A stretch of 64,000 nucleotides of DNA from the NCBI GenBank assembly GCA_040285825.1, contig JAUPSS010000003.1, positions 1,426,001-1,490,000 on the forward strand. The letters are read 5' to 3'. This document shows, one piece after another, positions 24,761-34,961 of the stretch; the first letter of the stretch is position 1; each line of letters begins with the position of its first letter. Position numbers and translations under genes: made by a program. This DNA comes from Eukaryota sp. TZLM1-RC. Lineage: Eukaryota; Protista; Metamonada: BaSk clade. The notes beneath the pieces are model-generated. The model made no database searches, was not told the origin of the DNA, and saw nothing but the letters and a program-made list of their open reading frames with translations.

Positions 24761-27685
24761 TTATTTTTTCCTAATATTTACAGAAACCTTACCTGGTAAT
24801 CTTGACGCAATTTCAATATTATTTAAACATTTAATTAAATCTCGTTCTCTTTGAACCCTACAACTTTTAGCCAAATGTTCAATAATGCATTGAGAAGCTT
24901 TTCCCTTCTTTGTTGAACCAGGAGTTACTTTGACTCTATGTGTATAATGCTGAACTGTAGTCCATGGAGCCACTACCGGAATAGCATAAAGAAGTGAATC
25001 TAGGTCCTCGGGAAGAGGTGCATGGCAAAGTGAAGAAAGATCTGCTTGTGCTGCCTCTCTTTCTTGTTGAAGAAGCACCTCCTCCACTTCCTCATCCTGT
25101 TTAATTCTTTTCCGTTTCTCATGTGCTTTAAGCTTCTCGTGAGGACAATCCTGACGTTTATGAGGACCTCCGCAATTGAAACATCGAAGAGGAGCAGTAG
25201 GTTTGGGTTCAGGTTCCTCTTGCTGCGTGGGTTGTTCCTCATCAATGTCCCGTGGTGAAGGTACCTTTAATGATTCAAGCAGTTGTCTCTCTTCCAGTTC
25301 TCTACGCTCCTTCTCTTGCTTTTCCAGCAGTCTTTGTTGTTCTTCAGCTTTCTCAGCTTCTTTTTGAGCTAACAACTCATCAAAGGAAATTCCCAAAGAT
25401 TGAGCTTTTTTCATTAATTTACGATCTCTTGCCGAAATCTTTTTCTTGGTTGATTTAAAACTTTCCTTCGATTGAGTCAAACTGCGAGGCTCAATATTAT
25501 CTACTTTGTCCTCTTGATCTCTATTCAAAGCTTCCTCCCAAATATTCCCCTCATCACTTGCTTTCACTTCTTCACCATCATGTTCAATTTTGGCCAAAGC
25601 TTCTGTCTTTTCTTTCCTCTGAACTGATTCTAAAGTTCTAGCTTCTGCTTCTGGTTTTAACACAGCAAGGTCTTCCTCAGAGTCACGTATTTTCCTATCA
25701 TTTTTATGCCGAAGAATGCTTTCAGTATCCCCCAATTTAAAAAGAATCCCAACCCCTAAAACAAGAGGAGAAGTTTCTAAATAGTTCCTTCTTCCCGTAA
25801 TCAAGAACGAACCACTAGGCATATGTTGCCCTGTGGGAGCAGCAGTACCAACTTGAGACCCAAACACCCAATAAGCAGCACAAGCCACTTTTGAGTCGAA
25901 TGATCTAGAGTAATTGACAGCAAAGGCACCAGCCTCATTGAGAGTGACAGAGGTTGGAAGCTGATCTTTTACCTTTACAATAACAGATGAAGCTCCATGA
26001 ATGGCAGAGTGAACGTAAATGTCACCATCTTCCAAGTACCTCTTTACCAAAATTTCGTTTTGCTGTAAATCTCGACCTCCAACCACAATGAAATTTTCAG
26101 AACTAATAAACCAATTGAACTTTTCAAACCAATATGAAGTCCTTGCGTGAACCACAGAAGCTCTTAAAGACATGTGGTCTATAGCAGATTTTGCTTTCTT
26201 TTCTGCTCTCTTGACGACAGAAGAATGAGCATCGAGAGCTTTTCCTTTTTTGGATCTTGCTTTTTTTGCTTTTTCATATATTGATCTTAAATTCGACATT
26301 GGTGATTCATCAATGGATAACTCTACAGTAATTCTATCCTCAGATTTGGTTTCCTCATTGAATAAAGGCAATTGTATTGTAATTAATCTTTTGGCAAAGT
26401 TTGTCGAGCTAATGAACTGACCAAGTCCATCTTCACCACCTTCTTCAATCAAATTCTCAATGTCGGTCCAGGAAAGTCCAGAATCCACACACGTTTTGAT
26501 TGTTTCAACGATTGATTCAACCAGCTGTACGTTTTCCTCTACAACTCTAGCTTTCAATATTTGATTCATTTCAGTATTCTCAAGAGACTTCACTTGACTC
26601 GCGTGAAAGTCTTCAATTTTCGTCAGTTTTTGATCTACAGCCTGTTGACGCTGCAAGACTTCTGATTGAGCTGCCATCTCTTCTAATCTGGAGAAACAAA
26701 GATCTACCGCGAAATTAAAGGAAGGAACTCTAAGAGAATTTTGAGCATTTTCATCAATGATGGCAGGGACAAAAGAAATAATACTTTTTGGATCTAAAGC
26801 TCTCACTTTTCTACTTATTAATTCATTAATTGAAACCCCCGTTTCAACAGCCTCATTGTAGTCAATTGATGGAGCTTCTTGGTTAAACACTATGAAACCA
26901 TTAAAAGAATCAATAGCAAGCAGCTTCTTTTCTAATTCCTGAAACTCTGCACACAAGGCCGTCATGTCGGGAGTGTTTGCCAATAGTTCAGATGCCAAGG
27001 TCGCGGGATCGATTCCCACCTTGGCCAAAACAAACTCGGCATATTGGGGACCTAAAGAAAAGAAGGTAGACAATGCAAAACCAACAGTATTTTCAGGAAA
27101 ACTCATAAGACCTTTTCTTTTTTTCTTCCTACTAGGATTCTGAGCCGACCTTGTAGCCTTCTCTAAAGGAACAGAAAGAGACTCCAACGTCACTGGTTGA
27201 AATGACCTTGCATGTTCTTCTGGAACATAAGTGGAACCTACATGGATTTCTGGTGATGTCCCAGGGACAGAGCGACGTAAGCAAGAGAGAATGGTGCAGG
27301 AAGGGTCCAAAAGGATAACATTTCCTGGGGTGAAGACCTCTAGCACCAAATAACAAAGAGAATCTCCTTGTCCAAATGTAAGTTTAACCTTTCTATCACA
27401 GCCTACACATTCAATGTTGGTAAGACGACGTCCTCTGAGATGCTTTCGGAGTTTAAGAGTAAAACCAGACGGAACACCAGTGTCACGAGTGAATGTAGTA
27501 GAATGAAACCTAACGCCACTTTCGAAAAGCACAGTTTCATTATGGCCTGGTCTATGGAATTTGAAAAGAAATATACGAGAGTCTAAGTCATATATGTTGG
27601 TAGTGTAAGAACCAAGAATACGGTCGCGGAGTTCAGCAACTATGTGGAATAGGTCCGTAGAGGTAAGTCTGGATTTGAATCCCAT
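24761..27685 (-). CDS. NEMF: Ribosome quality control factor NEMF/Rqc2 with CCHC knuckle
   Basis: MGFKSRLTSTDL start (ATG 27685), ESGVRFHST, LRKHLRGRRL, YWFEKFNWFISSEN, GRDLQQNE, C-terminal VKVTPGSTKKGK; CFNCGGPHKRQDC knuckle. Confidence 0.93.
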   Translation of the reverse strand: MGFKSRLTSTDLFHIVAELRDRILGSYTTNIYDLDSRIFLFKFHRPGHNETVLFESGVRFHSTTFTRDTGVPSGFTLKLRKHLRGRRLTNIECVGCDRKVKLTFGQGDSLCYLVLEVFTPGNVILLDPSCTILSCLRRSVPGTSPEIHVGSTYVPEEHARSFQPVTLESLSVPLEKATRSAQNPSRKKKRKGLMSFPENTVGFALSTFFSLGPQYAEFVLAKVGIDPATLASELLANTPDMTALCAEFQELEKKLLAIDSFNGFIVFNQEAPSIDYNEAVETGVSINELISRKVRALDPKSIISFVPAIIDENAQNSLRVPSFNFAVDLCFSRLEEMAAQSEVLQRQQAVDQKLTKIEDFHASQVKSLENTEMNQILKARVVEENVQLVESIVETIKTCVDSGLSWTDIENLIEEGGEDGLGQFISSTNFAKRLITIQLPLFNEETKSEDRITVELSIDESPMSNLRSIYEKAKKARSKKGKALDAHSSVVKRAEKKAKSAIDHMSLRASVVHARTSYWFEKFNWFISSENFIVVGGRDLQQNEILVKRYLEDGDIYVHSAIHGASSVIVKVKDQLPTSVTLNEAGAFAVNYSRSFDSKVACAAYWVFGSQVGTAAPTGQHMPSGSFLITGRRNYLETSPLVLGVGILFKLGDTESILRHKNDRKIRDSEEDLAVLKPEAEARTLESVQRKEKTEALAKIEHDGEEVKASDEGNIWEEALNRDQEDKVDNIEPRSLTQSKESFKSTKKKISARDRKLMKKAQSLGISFDELLAQKEAEKAEEQQRLLEKQEKERRELEERQLLESLKVPSPRDIDEEQPTQQEEPEPKPTAPLRCFNCGGPHKRQDCPHEKLKAHEKRKRIKQDEEVEEVLLQQEREAAQADLSSLCHAPLPEDLDSLLYAIPVVAPWTTVQHYTHRVKVTPGSTKKGKASQCIIEHLAKSCRVQRERDLIKCLNNIEIASRLPGKVSVNIRKK

Positions 27686-28094
27686 GTGTATAGTGAAAAG
27701 GGGGAATAATAAGCAAAACAAATTGATTTTTGATAGCAGCCCAATTTTCCTTTGTTTGAAATTGTCCATGTTTTACCTAGATAAGACTACCTCTGTTTGT
27801 TCATAATTATAGCAAGCTCATTACAACAGTAAGTCCAGATTTCCCAAAAATGGATGATAACAAATGCAATTATATTAACTATACAATTATTTATTTTTCT
27901 AATTGATCCTTGTTGTTTTTGTTTCTATCATTTTTATTATCATTATCATTATTATCCATTTCAAGCCAATTCTTCTACTTTCAATATTGAATATAACGTT
28001 TAATTAATCAAATCAACTGAATCATAAATAATCTTTCACAAAAAAGAATTAAAATATTTACAAAATGCAAAAACACCAATTTCTGAAAAACAAA

Positions 28095-28754
28095 CTACTC
28101 CTTGATTACATGAACATAGTTACCACAACGATCTGCAAACGTTTGCTTACTTACTAGCCTACCTTCCTGCCTAGTCTTCTCTATTAAATTAGTGGCTATT
28201 GTGGCATTGAATCCATTTTCCAAAAGCACTGACAGGATGTCCTCGCAGGGAATATCGCGAATGACGTTCTCATGTATCCAAGAGAGCCAGGCATCAGGAA
28301 TAATTTGATGAACGTAGTCTGAAAAGTCTTGAAAGGAAATCTTTTGGTCATTATTAGAATCCAAAGTTAGTGCAAAGGATATAGCCCTGAGAATCTCTTC
28401 CTCTGGCCAGTTGTCCTGCTTTAAAACTAATTGTATAGAATAAGGAGTTATAAACCCCCTGTGAAGGTCATCCACATCATACTTCTTGAACTCAACCAAA
28501 AGGTTCAACTCACAGTTGGAGAAACTTTGCCGTAAATGTCGGAATTGGGAAAATCCAAGTCGATCCTTACGTGGTGAATCTCCACAAGCCTCTTTTAATA
28601 TTCGTTTCAGTTCTGTGTTGGTAGGATAGAGTCCAAGTGATTGATAACACGTTCGAAGATCTGTGATAGTAATAAAGTTGTTTCTGTCTAAATCCATCTT
28701 GACGAATAGACGCTGACTCATTTCTTCAGATTCCTGTTTATCAAAGAGTACCAT
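28095..28754 (-). CDS. EF-hand calcium-binding protein
   Basis: DLDRNNFITITDL and DSNNDQKISFQDF loops. The likely ATG is 28754; the longer ORF overlaps SRP54. Confidence 0.8.
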   Translation of the reverse strand: MVLFDKQESEEMSQRLFVKMDLDRNNFITITDLRTCYQSLGLYPTNTELKRILKEACGDSPRKDRLGFSQFRHLRQSFSNCELNLLVEFKKYDVDDLHRGFITPYSIQLVLKQDNWPEEEILRAISFALTLDSNNDQKISFQDFSDYVHQIIPDAWLSWIHENVIRDIPCEDILSVLLENGFNATIATNLIEKTRQEGRLVSKQTFADRCGNYVHVIKE

Positions 28755-28866
28755 TGAAGTAGGTTGTTGATTCGAGATGTCAAAAATATATTGAGATAAA
28801 TTGGAATTCTCAGTAAAAACACACCCCTCAAAGACTCTACATCCTTCTCCATTATCTCTCTTTAAA

Positions 28867-30324
28867 ATGGTACTTTCAGAACTTGGTGGACGCATTAGTG
28901 ATGCACTTAAACGCATGTCTCAAGCTGCGGTTCTTGATTCAGAAGTTGTCAATGACATGTTGAAGGAAATATGCAATGCTCTTATACAGTCTGACGTGAA
29001 CCCTAAAACTGTTATGTCTCTTCGTGCCAATGTCAAAAATGCTGTTGATCTTGACCAACTCGCAGCAGGTATCAATCGGCGTCGACTGATACAAAAGGCT
29101 GTTGTGGATGAAATGATCAAACTAGTGGACCCTGGTACTGCTCCTTTCACTCCCACCAAAGGCCGATCCAATGTCATAATGTTTGTTGGTCTTCAAGGTT
29201 CCGGAAAGACCACCACATGTACTAAGTATGCTGGTTATTACAAGAAGAAGGGCTGGAAGGTTGGTCTGGTCTGCGCTGATACTTTTAGAGCCGGTGCCTT
29301 TGATCAACTACGTCAGAACGCCACAAGGGTAGGGATTCCTTTCTATGGTAGTTACTCTGAAACAGATCCAGTCAAGATTGCTGCTGACGGTGTTGCTTTA
29401 TTCAAGAAGGAAAAGTTTGATGTAATTATAGTTGATACTTCTGGTAGACATAAGCAAGAGGTCGCTCTGTTTGATGAAATGGAACAAGTTTCGAGGACGA
29501 TATCACCAGATGATCATATTTTTATTCTTGATGCTTCCATTGGTCAATCAGCCTATGACCAATCTCTAGCGTTTAAGGAAAGAGTTTCCGTTGGATCAGT
29601 CATTATTACTAAACTTGATGGTCATGCAAAAGGTGGTGGTGCGCTGAGTGCGGTCGCTGCCACAAAGGCTCCTATTACCTTTATAGGAACTGGGGAACGT
29701 TTTGATGATTTTGAAGTGTTTGAACCGGATTCTTTTGTTTCTAGGTTGCTGGGATTTGGAGATATTGGGTCGTTTGTTCGAACAATTCAGGAAAGCGGTC
29801 TTGATACTGAAGAAACTACGGCTGCTTTTGAAAAACTTACACATGGTGGTTTTTCTTTGAGAGATTTAAGAGAACAATTCGAAAATTTGGGCAAACTAAA
29901 CCTAACATCCATGATGAGTTACTTGCCAGGAATGCAAAATCTAATTCCTGCAGGAAAAGAGGAAGAAGGTAGACTTCAACTACACAAGTTCACTGTAATG
30001 ATGGATTCAATGACAGAGAAAGAACTTGATAATCCAAAGCTTTTTCAAGATGCTACAGCTTCCTCAAGAATTAATAGAGTCGCTAGAGGGAGTGGTACCA
30101 CTGTGAAGGAAGTTACTGCTCTTTTAAATCAATTTAAACAACTTGCCAAGATGGGCTCAAAGATGAAAGGATTTGCTAATATGCCTGGAGGTCAAATGAA
30201 TGCAAGGAGTATGCAACAAATGGCTCGAAATATCCCAGCTGGTATGCTCCAGCAGATGGGGGGACCAGGGGGAATGCAAAAGTTAATGAAGCAGATGGGA
30301 GGAGGAGGGTTCCCTGGGCTGTAG
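28867..30324 (+). CDS. SRP54: Signal recognition particle 54 kDa subunit
   Basis: MVLSELG start, GLQGSGKTT, DTFRAGAFDQL, DTSGRH, TKLDGHAKGGG, Met-rich M domain. Confidence 0.98.
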   Translation: MVLSELGGRISDALKRMSQAAVLDSEVVNDMLKEICNALIQSDVNPKTVMSLRANVKNAVDLDQLAAGINRRRLIQKAVVDEMIKLVDPGTAPFTPTKGRSNVIMFVGLQGSGKTTTCTKYAGYYKKKGWKVGLVCADTFRAGAFDQLRQNATRVGIPFYGSYSETDPVKIAADGVALFKKEKFDVIIVDTSGRHKQEVALFDEMEQVSRTISPDDHIFILDASIGQSAYDQSLAFKERVSVGSVIITKLDGHAKGGGALSAVAATKAPITFIGTGERFDDFEVFEPDSFVSRLLGFGDIGSFVRTIQESGLDTEETTAAFEKLTHGGFSLRDLREQFENLGKLNLTSMMSYLPGMQNLIPAGKEEEGRLQLHKFTVMMDSMTEKELDNPKLFQDATASSRINRVARGSGTTVKEVTALLNQFKQLAKMGSKMKGFANMPGGQMNARSMQQMARNIPAGMLQQMGGPGGMQKLMKQMGGGGFPGL

Positions 30325-31189
30325 ATTATTGTTCATATTGGATTTATTAGTTTTGTGGCTTGTGTATTTTTTGAAACATTGACTGAGAGTATTGGTGAGT
30401 ATAAAGGTTTTTGTTGTGTTTTCCATATAACATTTAATATATTTACTATTCACTTATACTGTTTAGTCAACAGCATTAAAATAATTTGTAGTTAAATAAT
30501 TCATTTCCGTAAAATTCAATCTAAAAATCAAATAACAAAAATCAATTCTAGTTCCTCAGATGAGGTATGATCAATAAGTCATTGAATCATTACCTCAAAG
30601 TGGGACAACCCTTATTTACTCCCTCAATTCTCTTCTCAAAACATTCATTCACACCATTGACCATCAGAACTTCTCTCCCTTTTCTCCCTTCTCTAAGTCG
30701 AAGTCTGAGTGAAGAGAAAAAATTCGTTGATGTGAAGTTAGATTTATAGAACAGAAATACAAAATGAAATTGAAACTAACATTCGCTTATCTAGTTGATC
30801 GTGTTATGTATTAGCTCTTGATGAATTTCTGATATCAAAATCAATACCGTGGTTATAAAGTCTTCAATGCTAAAATTACAAAATACCAAAAGTTTTTCGT
30901 CTTCATCTATGTTTAGATCATTGAATAAACAATACCTACATCTAATTACGAACTCATTTACTACACTTCTTCTTTAGAAACAAGCATTCAGCATTGTTTT
31001 TGCCCAGCTTCTTCCATCCCGAGGTGGATCGCTCCCCGTGTTCTCTCACATAGTTAAAAGCATCTATAGTCATTACTGGTTACTTATTGATAATAATCAA
31101 AGAGAGAAACTCTGCGCTTTCGGTGTCGATGTATAGAAACAGGACTTGACATAGTGGTTGTTTAATGGTAGGAATGGATTTTGTATCAA

Positions 31190-32531
31190 ATTTTTTTGAC
31201 CAAAATGAAAAAATTCCCAAAGAATATGTAATATTTTTGGCATCTTTAATTGATGTTAATCCTAAACAAATTCGAAGTCATGCGTTTTCATCATCTATAA
31301 CCATATTTTTGGTGGAATTGATTTCACTAAATCGTCTTTTCACAGTCAATCTGCTTTTCATGGTGGAGGGAACATTTTTGTTTTCGAATTTTGCAACCGC
31401 TTTCTAAATGAAGTTGATTTATTGAATTCTACAAGTAATAATTATTAAAGAGACCTTGAAAATCCTGTTGATTGTTTGCCCCCTGAAATTTGGAGTAATT
31501 GCTTTCCCGATAAGGTACAGGAAACACAACCTCGAACGTTAGTGAGTTTGAGGTATTGTGTTAAAAATTGAAGCAAATATTAACAATAGATTTTTGAAGG
31601 CTTTGATTTTAATGTTCGTCTTGGCTCGGCCAAAAATGATAATTCCGCTTTCGTAAATTTTCTGTTTGATACTCAAAGCAGATCGTCTTCGTGCGTTATT
31701 ACTCAAATTCCTCAAATTTATGTTCTTCTTTTAGATGATACCACATTTTCTTGTACAATACGATGTTTTATTGGGCCGATAACGTTCCTCAAAGTTTGAT
31801 TTGCAAATGTGGATCAAAGATCTCTCCAAATCATTTGTTTGCAAACACTTTATTACTTTCCGATCAAAAATTCAGGATGCAGTTAGGGATCAATTGTATT
31901 GTATGTCAAAGTCACACAGAATTGTCTCCTATTTGGAACCATTACTCTCTTGTTTGGTGGATGAAGATACTGGAAATTCTTTTGGTCGAAATAGAGGTGA
32001 TTTAATGCATGAAGGTCTTGAAAGAACCACTATCATTACTGATGTGAATTTAACTGATGTGTGTAATAATTGCGTTATACCGTTGACTCAGTCAAAACAC
32101 AAGAATCCGCTGTCTGTTGCCGAAAACACTAAAATTGATATATAGAGCAAAGTTGTTATCCTTGAATGCTGAATCACATACTCATTAGGTCCTTTGTCCA
32201 TTTGCTTTTTCCTTACATGGCACGCTTGGACCACTTGCTGTATCTTTCATGGATGATTTTGTTGAAATTTTAAAACAACGTACAGGAAGCATTTTTGACA
32301 AAATGTTTTGGCAGAACAGAATTGTATTTTCAACTTTTAAAAGTTATGTCCCCTTATTATCTTCTGCTTTACTATCTCTTGGTTGTTTTTATGAAGGTAA
32401 AACTTCAAGTCAATTCTTTTTGGCTGATTTGGGATATGAAGATTTAGTATATTAATTTGTGTTGTTTAGTTTCTCGTTGTTGTGAATTTATAAAACAGAA
32501 ATTTTTAAAAATATTGAAAAAAAGAAAAGAA
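31190..32531 (+). mobile_element. Degenerate RLE non-LTR retrotransposon, family C
   Basis: ICKCG...QDAVRDQLYCMSKSH, LEPLL, RNRGDL, FWQNRIVFS; A-rich tail at ~32517-32531. Confidence 0.8.
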
Positions 32532-32751
32532 TATGTGAATATAAAGCGAGTGTAATCAGCTCTAAATTTTCTGTCTTCAGTGGGACGTCTACATAGCTGA
32601 TTGATGTCGACACCATGGAGCAAAAGTGCAAACGTAGGACCCATAAAGGACAAAAGACAGTTGTTTGAAGTGGTGAAATTGTTGGTGAAAAAGAAATGGT
32701 AGACCAAATTGAAGAATTTTCAACTTCGTCAGTCCTCTACTCCGACACTTG

Positions 32752-34767
32752 ATGCATCCCCGAAGGCGTAGAACTGCTTCTCGAACTGACCGTTTCAAAT
32801 GCTCTCGTTCTTCTGATTATCATTCTTCAACTTCTCACATTTATGAACAACGCAAACGACTCCCAATATACAATAGTAAAGACTCTTTAATTCAATTAAT
32901 AGGAGAAAACCAAGTAGTGGTAGTTTTAGGTGAAACAGGTTCTGGAAAGACCACTCAAATTCCTCAGTATCTACTAGACTCTTCTTCTGATTCTACCTTC
33001 AAAGTCATTGTAACTCAACCCCGCCGTGTAGCTGCTCAATCTCTTGCAACCAGAGTTGCTCAAGAAAGGGGTGTCAAACTTGGAGAAGAAGTAGGCTTCA
33101 CTGTGCGATTTAACGATATGACATCCTCTAGAACCAAGATCTCGTTCGTCACTGATGGTATTCTCCTCAGAGAAATGTCTACAGACCCTCTTTTGTCTTG
33201 TTATTCTGCTATAGTATTGGATGAAGTGCACGAGAGGTCAATAAACTCAGATCTTTTAATTTCTCTTCTTAAAGTAACTTTACAAGGGCGACCTGACCTC
33301 AAATTGGTTATCTCATCTGCAACATTTGAAACTACATTGTTTTCAAAATTCTTTTCCAACGCACCTGTTCTCAAAGTTCCTGGTAAGACCTTTGAGATTA
33401 CTGAATTTTTCACCAAATCTGCAGTCTCAGATTATGTTGATGCTGCATGTCGTGCTGTTTTTGATATCCTTACAAACCCAGACTACTCGGAAGGAGACAT
33501 TTTGGTGTTTTTAACTGGACAGGATGACATTGACGATGCAATTAATTTGATTAATGATCGATTAGAGTACTTGCCTAAAGAAACACCATCTCTACTGCTT
33601 CTTCCCTTGTTTTCTGCGTTGCCCTTGGAAGAACAAGCCAAAGTATTCAATGAAACTCCTCTTGGTTCAAGAAAAGTTGTTTTTTCTACCAACATTGCTG
33701 AAACCTCTGTCACTATACCCAACATTCTGTTTGTTATTGACTCCGGACTGTGTAAACAAAGAACTTTCAATCCCAAGATGGGAACATCCTCTCTCGTCAT
33801 TACTCCGATCTCAAAGGCCTCAGCAAAGCAAAGAAAGGGTAGAGCAGGGAGAGTCGCGAATGGGCATTGTTTTAGACTATATTCTAAATGGGTCTTTGAC
33901 AATGAATTGGAGGATGTTACACCTTCAGAGATTAGTAGATCAGAGCTAGATTCTATGGTTTTAACCCTCTTTGCGATGGGGGTCACCAATTTGATTGAGT
34001 TTCCTTTTCTGGAAAAACCTCCAGTCAGAGCTTTGGCACGAGCCTTGGACAATCTCTATGCCCTTGGGATCCTAGATTCGTCAGGAAAGATTTCAAAGTT
34101 GGGCAAAAGAGCTTCATTACTTCCAATAGACCCCCATTATTCAGTTTGCTTGCTTAATTCGGTTAATTACTCTGTCTTTGGGGATATTTCCACTATTATC
34201 GCTATCCTCTCATCTCCTCCCATCATCGTGCCAAAGAGGAAATCCCAAGAGGAATCTGAAGTCATGGGATCTTCATTAAAGCCTTATATTAATGAATTAG
34301 GAGATCATATTACTTTGATTAATATTTTCAATTCTTGGGTTAACTCCAACAAATCCAAATACTGGGCCCGACAGCGAGGTCTACATTTTGGTCATTTGTG
34401 TAAAGTTTTTGATGTAAAATCTCAATTGGACAAATTGGCTATTGATTTGAAATTTATCAACTCCGTCTCTTCTACTGGAAATTCGACATCAATTCTTCGC
34501 TCTTTATTAACGGGATTGTTCCAAAATCTTGCATATAGAAGGAACTTTGGAGAGGGTTTTCGTTCAACGCGCCATGGTCAAGCTGTTTCATTTCACCCTT
34601 CATCATTTTTGAGCGAACACAATGCTGATTTAAACTTGGTAATGTTCTCTGAAATATTTGAACAAGAAGATTTTTGTTATCTTCGAACTATATCCAAGGT
34701 GACTCAAGAAGACGTTGTTACTGTGGTACCTCATGTGTACTCAGATTATTTAAAGTCACTGAAATAA
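32752..34767 (+). CDS. DEAH-box RNA helicase (Prp2/Prp16/Prp22-like spliceosomal group)
   Basis: GETGSGKTTQIPQYL, TQPRRVAA, DEVHER, SAT, TNIAETSVTI, QRKGRAGR, HA2/OB-fold tail. Confidence 0.92.
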   Translation: MHPRRRRTASRTDRFKCSRSSDYHSSTSHIYEQRKRLPIYNSKDSLIQLIGENQVVVVLGETGSGKTTQIPQYLLDSSSDSTFKVIVTQPRRVAAQSLATRVAQERGVKLGEEVGFTVRFNDMTSSRTKISFVTDGILLREMSTDPLLSCYSAIVLDEVHERSINSDLLISLLKVTLQGRPDLKLVISSATFETTLFSKFFSNAPVLKVPGKTFEITEFFTKSAVSDYVDAACRAVFDILTNPDYSEGDILVFLTGQDDIDDAINLINDRLEYLPKETPSLLLLPLFSALPLEEQAKVFNETPLGSRKVVFSTNIAETSVTIPNILFVIDSGLCKQRTFNPKMGTSSLVITPISKASAKQRKGRAGRVANGHCFRLYSKWVFDNELEDVTPSEISRSELDSMVLTLFAMGVTNLIEFPFLEKPPVRALARALDNLYALGILDSSGKISKLGKRASLLPIDPHYSVCLLNSVNYSVFGDISTIIAILSSPPIIVPKRKSQEESEVMGSSLKPYINELGDHITLINIFNSWVNSNKSKYWARQRGLHFGHLCKVFDVKSQLDKLAIDLKFINSVSSTGNSTSILRSLLTGLFQNLAYRRNFGEGFRSTRHGQAVSFHPSSFLSEHNADLNLVMFSEIFEQEDFCYLRTISKVTQEDVVTVVPHVYSDYLKSLK

Positions 34768-34961
34768 TTTGAATAATTTTAAATAAAATCAATAAATAGC
34801 AAACAGTGAATAAGCTTAAATATTAAATATAAAAATACAATTAAACAAATAGGTACTTAATTGAATTTTGCATTTCTATTGAATTCTTTTGATTAATTAC
34901 AATCATTTGCTGAATAATATAGCAATAATATCACAAGACTTTATAAACCAAAACAGAATTT

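Noticed and set aside
28755-28916. Apparent overlap of the EF-hand ORF and SRP54, both starting ATGGTACT
   Set aside because: The overlap comes from ORF extension. The conserved SRP54 start is 28867 and the likely EF-hand start is 28754, leaving an ordinary ~110-bp divergent promoter. The shared 8-mer is probably chance.
30561-30597. Imperfect palindrome followed by CTAG on the minus strand (Helitron-like 3' end)
   Set aside because: Single instance, AT-rich hairpin, no following T and no Rep/helicase remnant recognised.
33483-34052. Antisense and nested short ORFs within real genes (also 2862-3206, 35170-35394, 63431-63697 and others)
   Set aside because: Shadow ORFs of coding sequence with no motifs.
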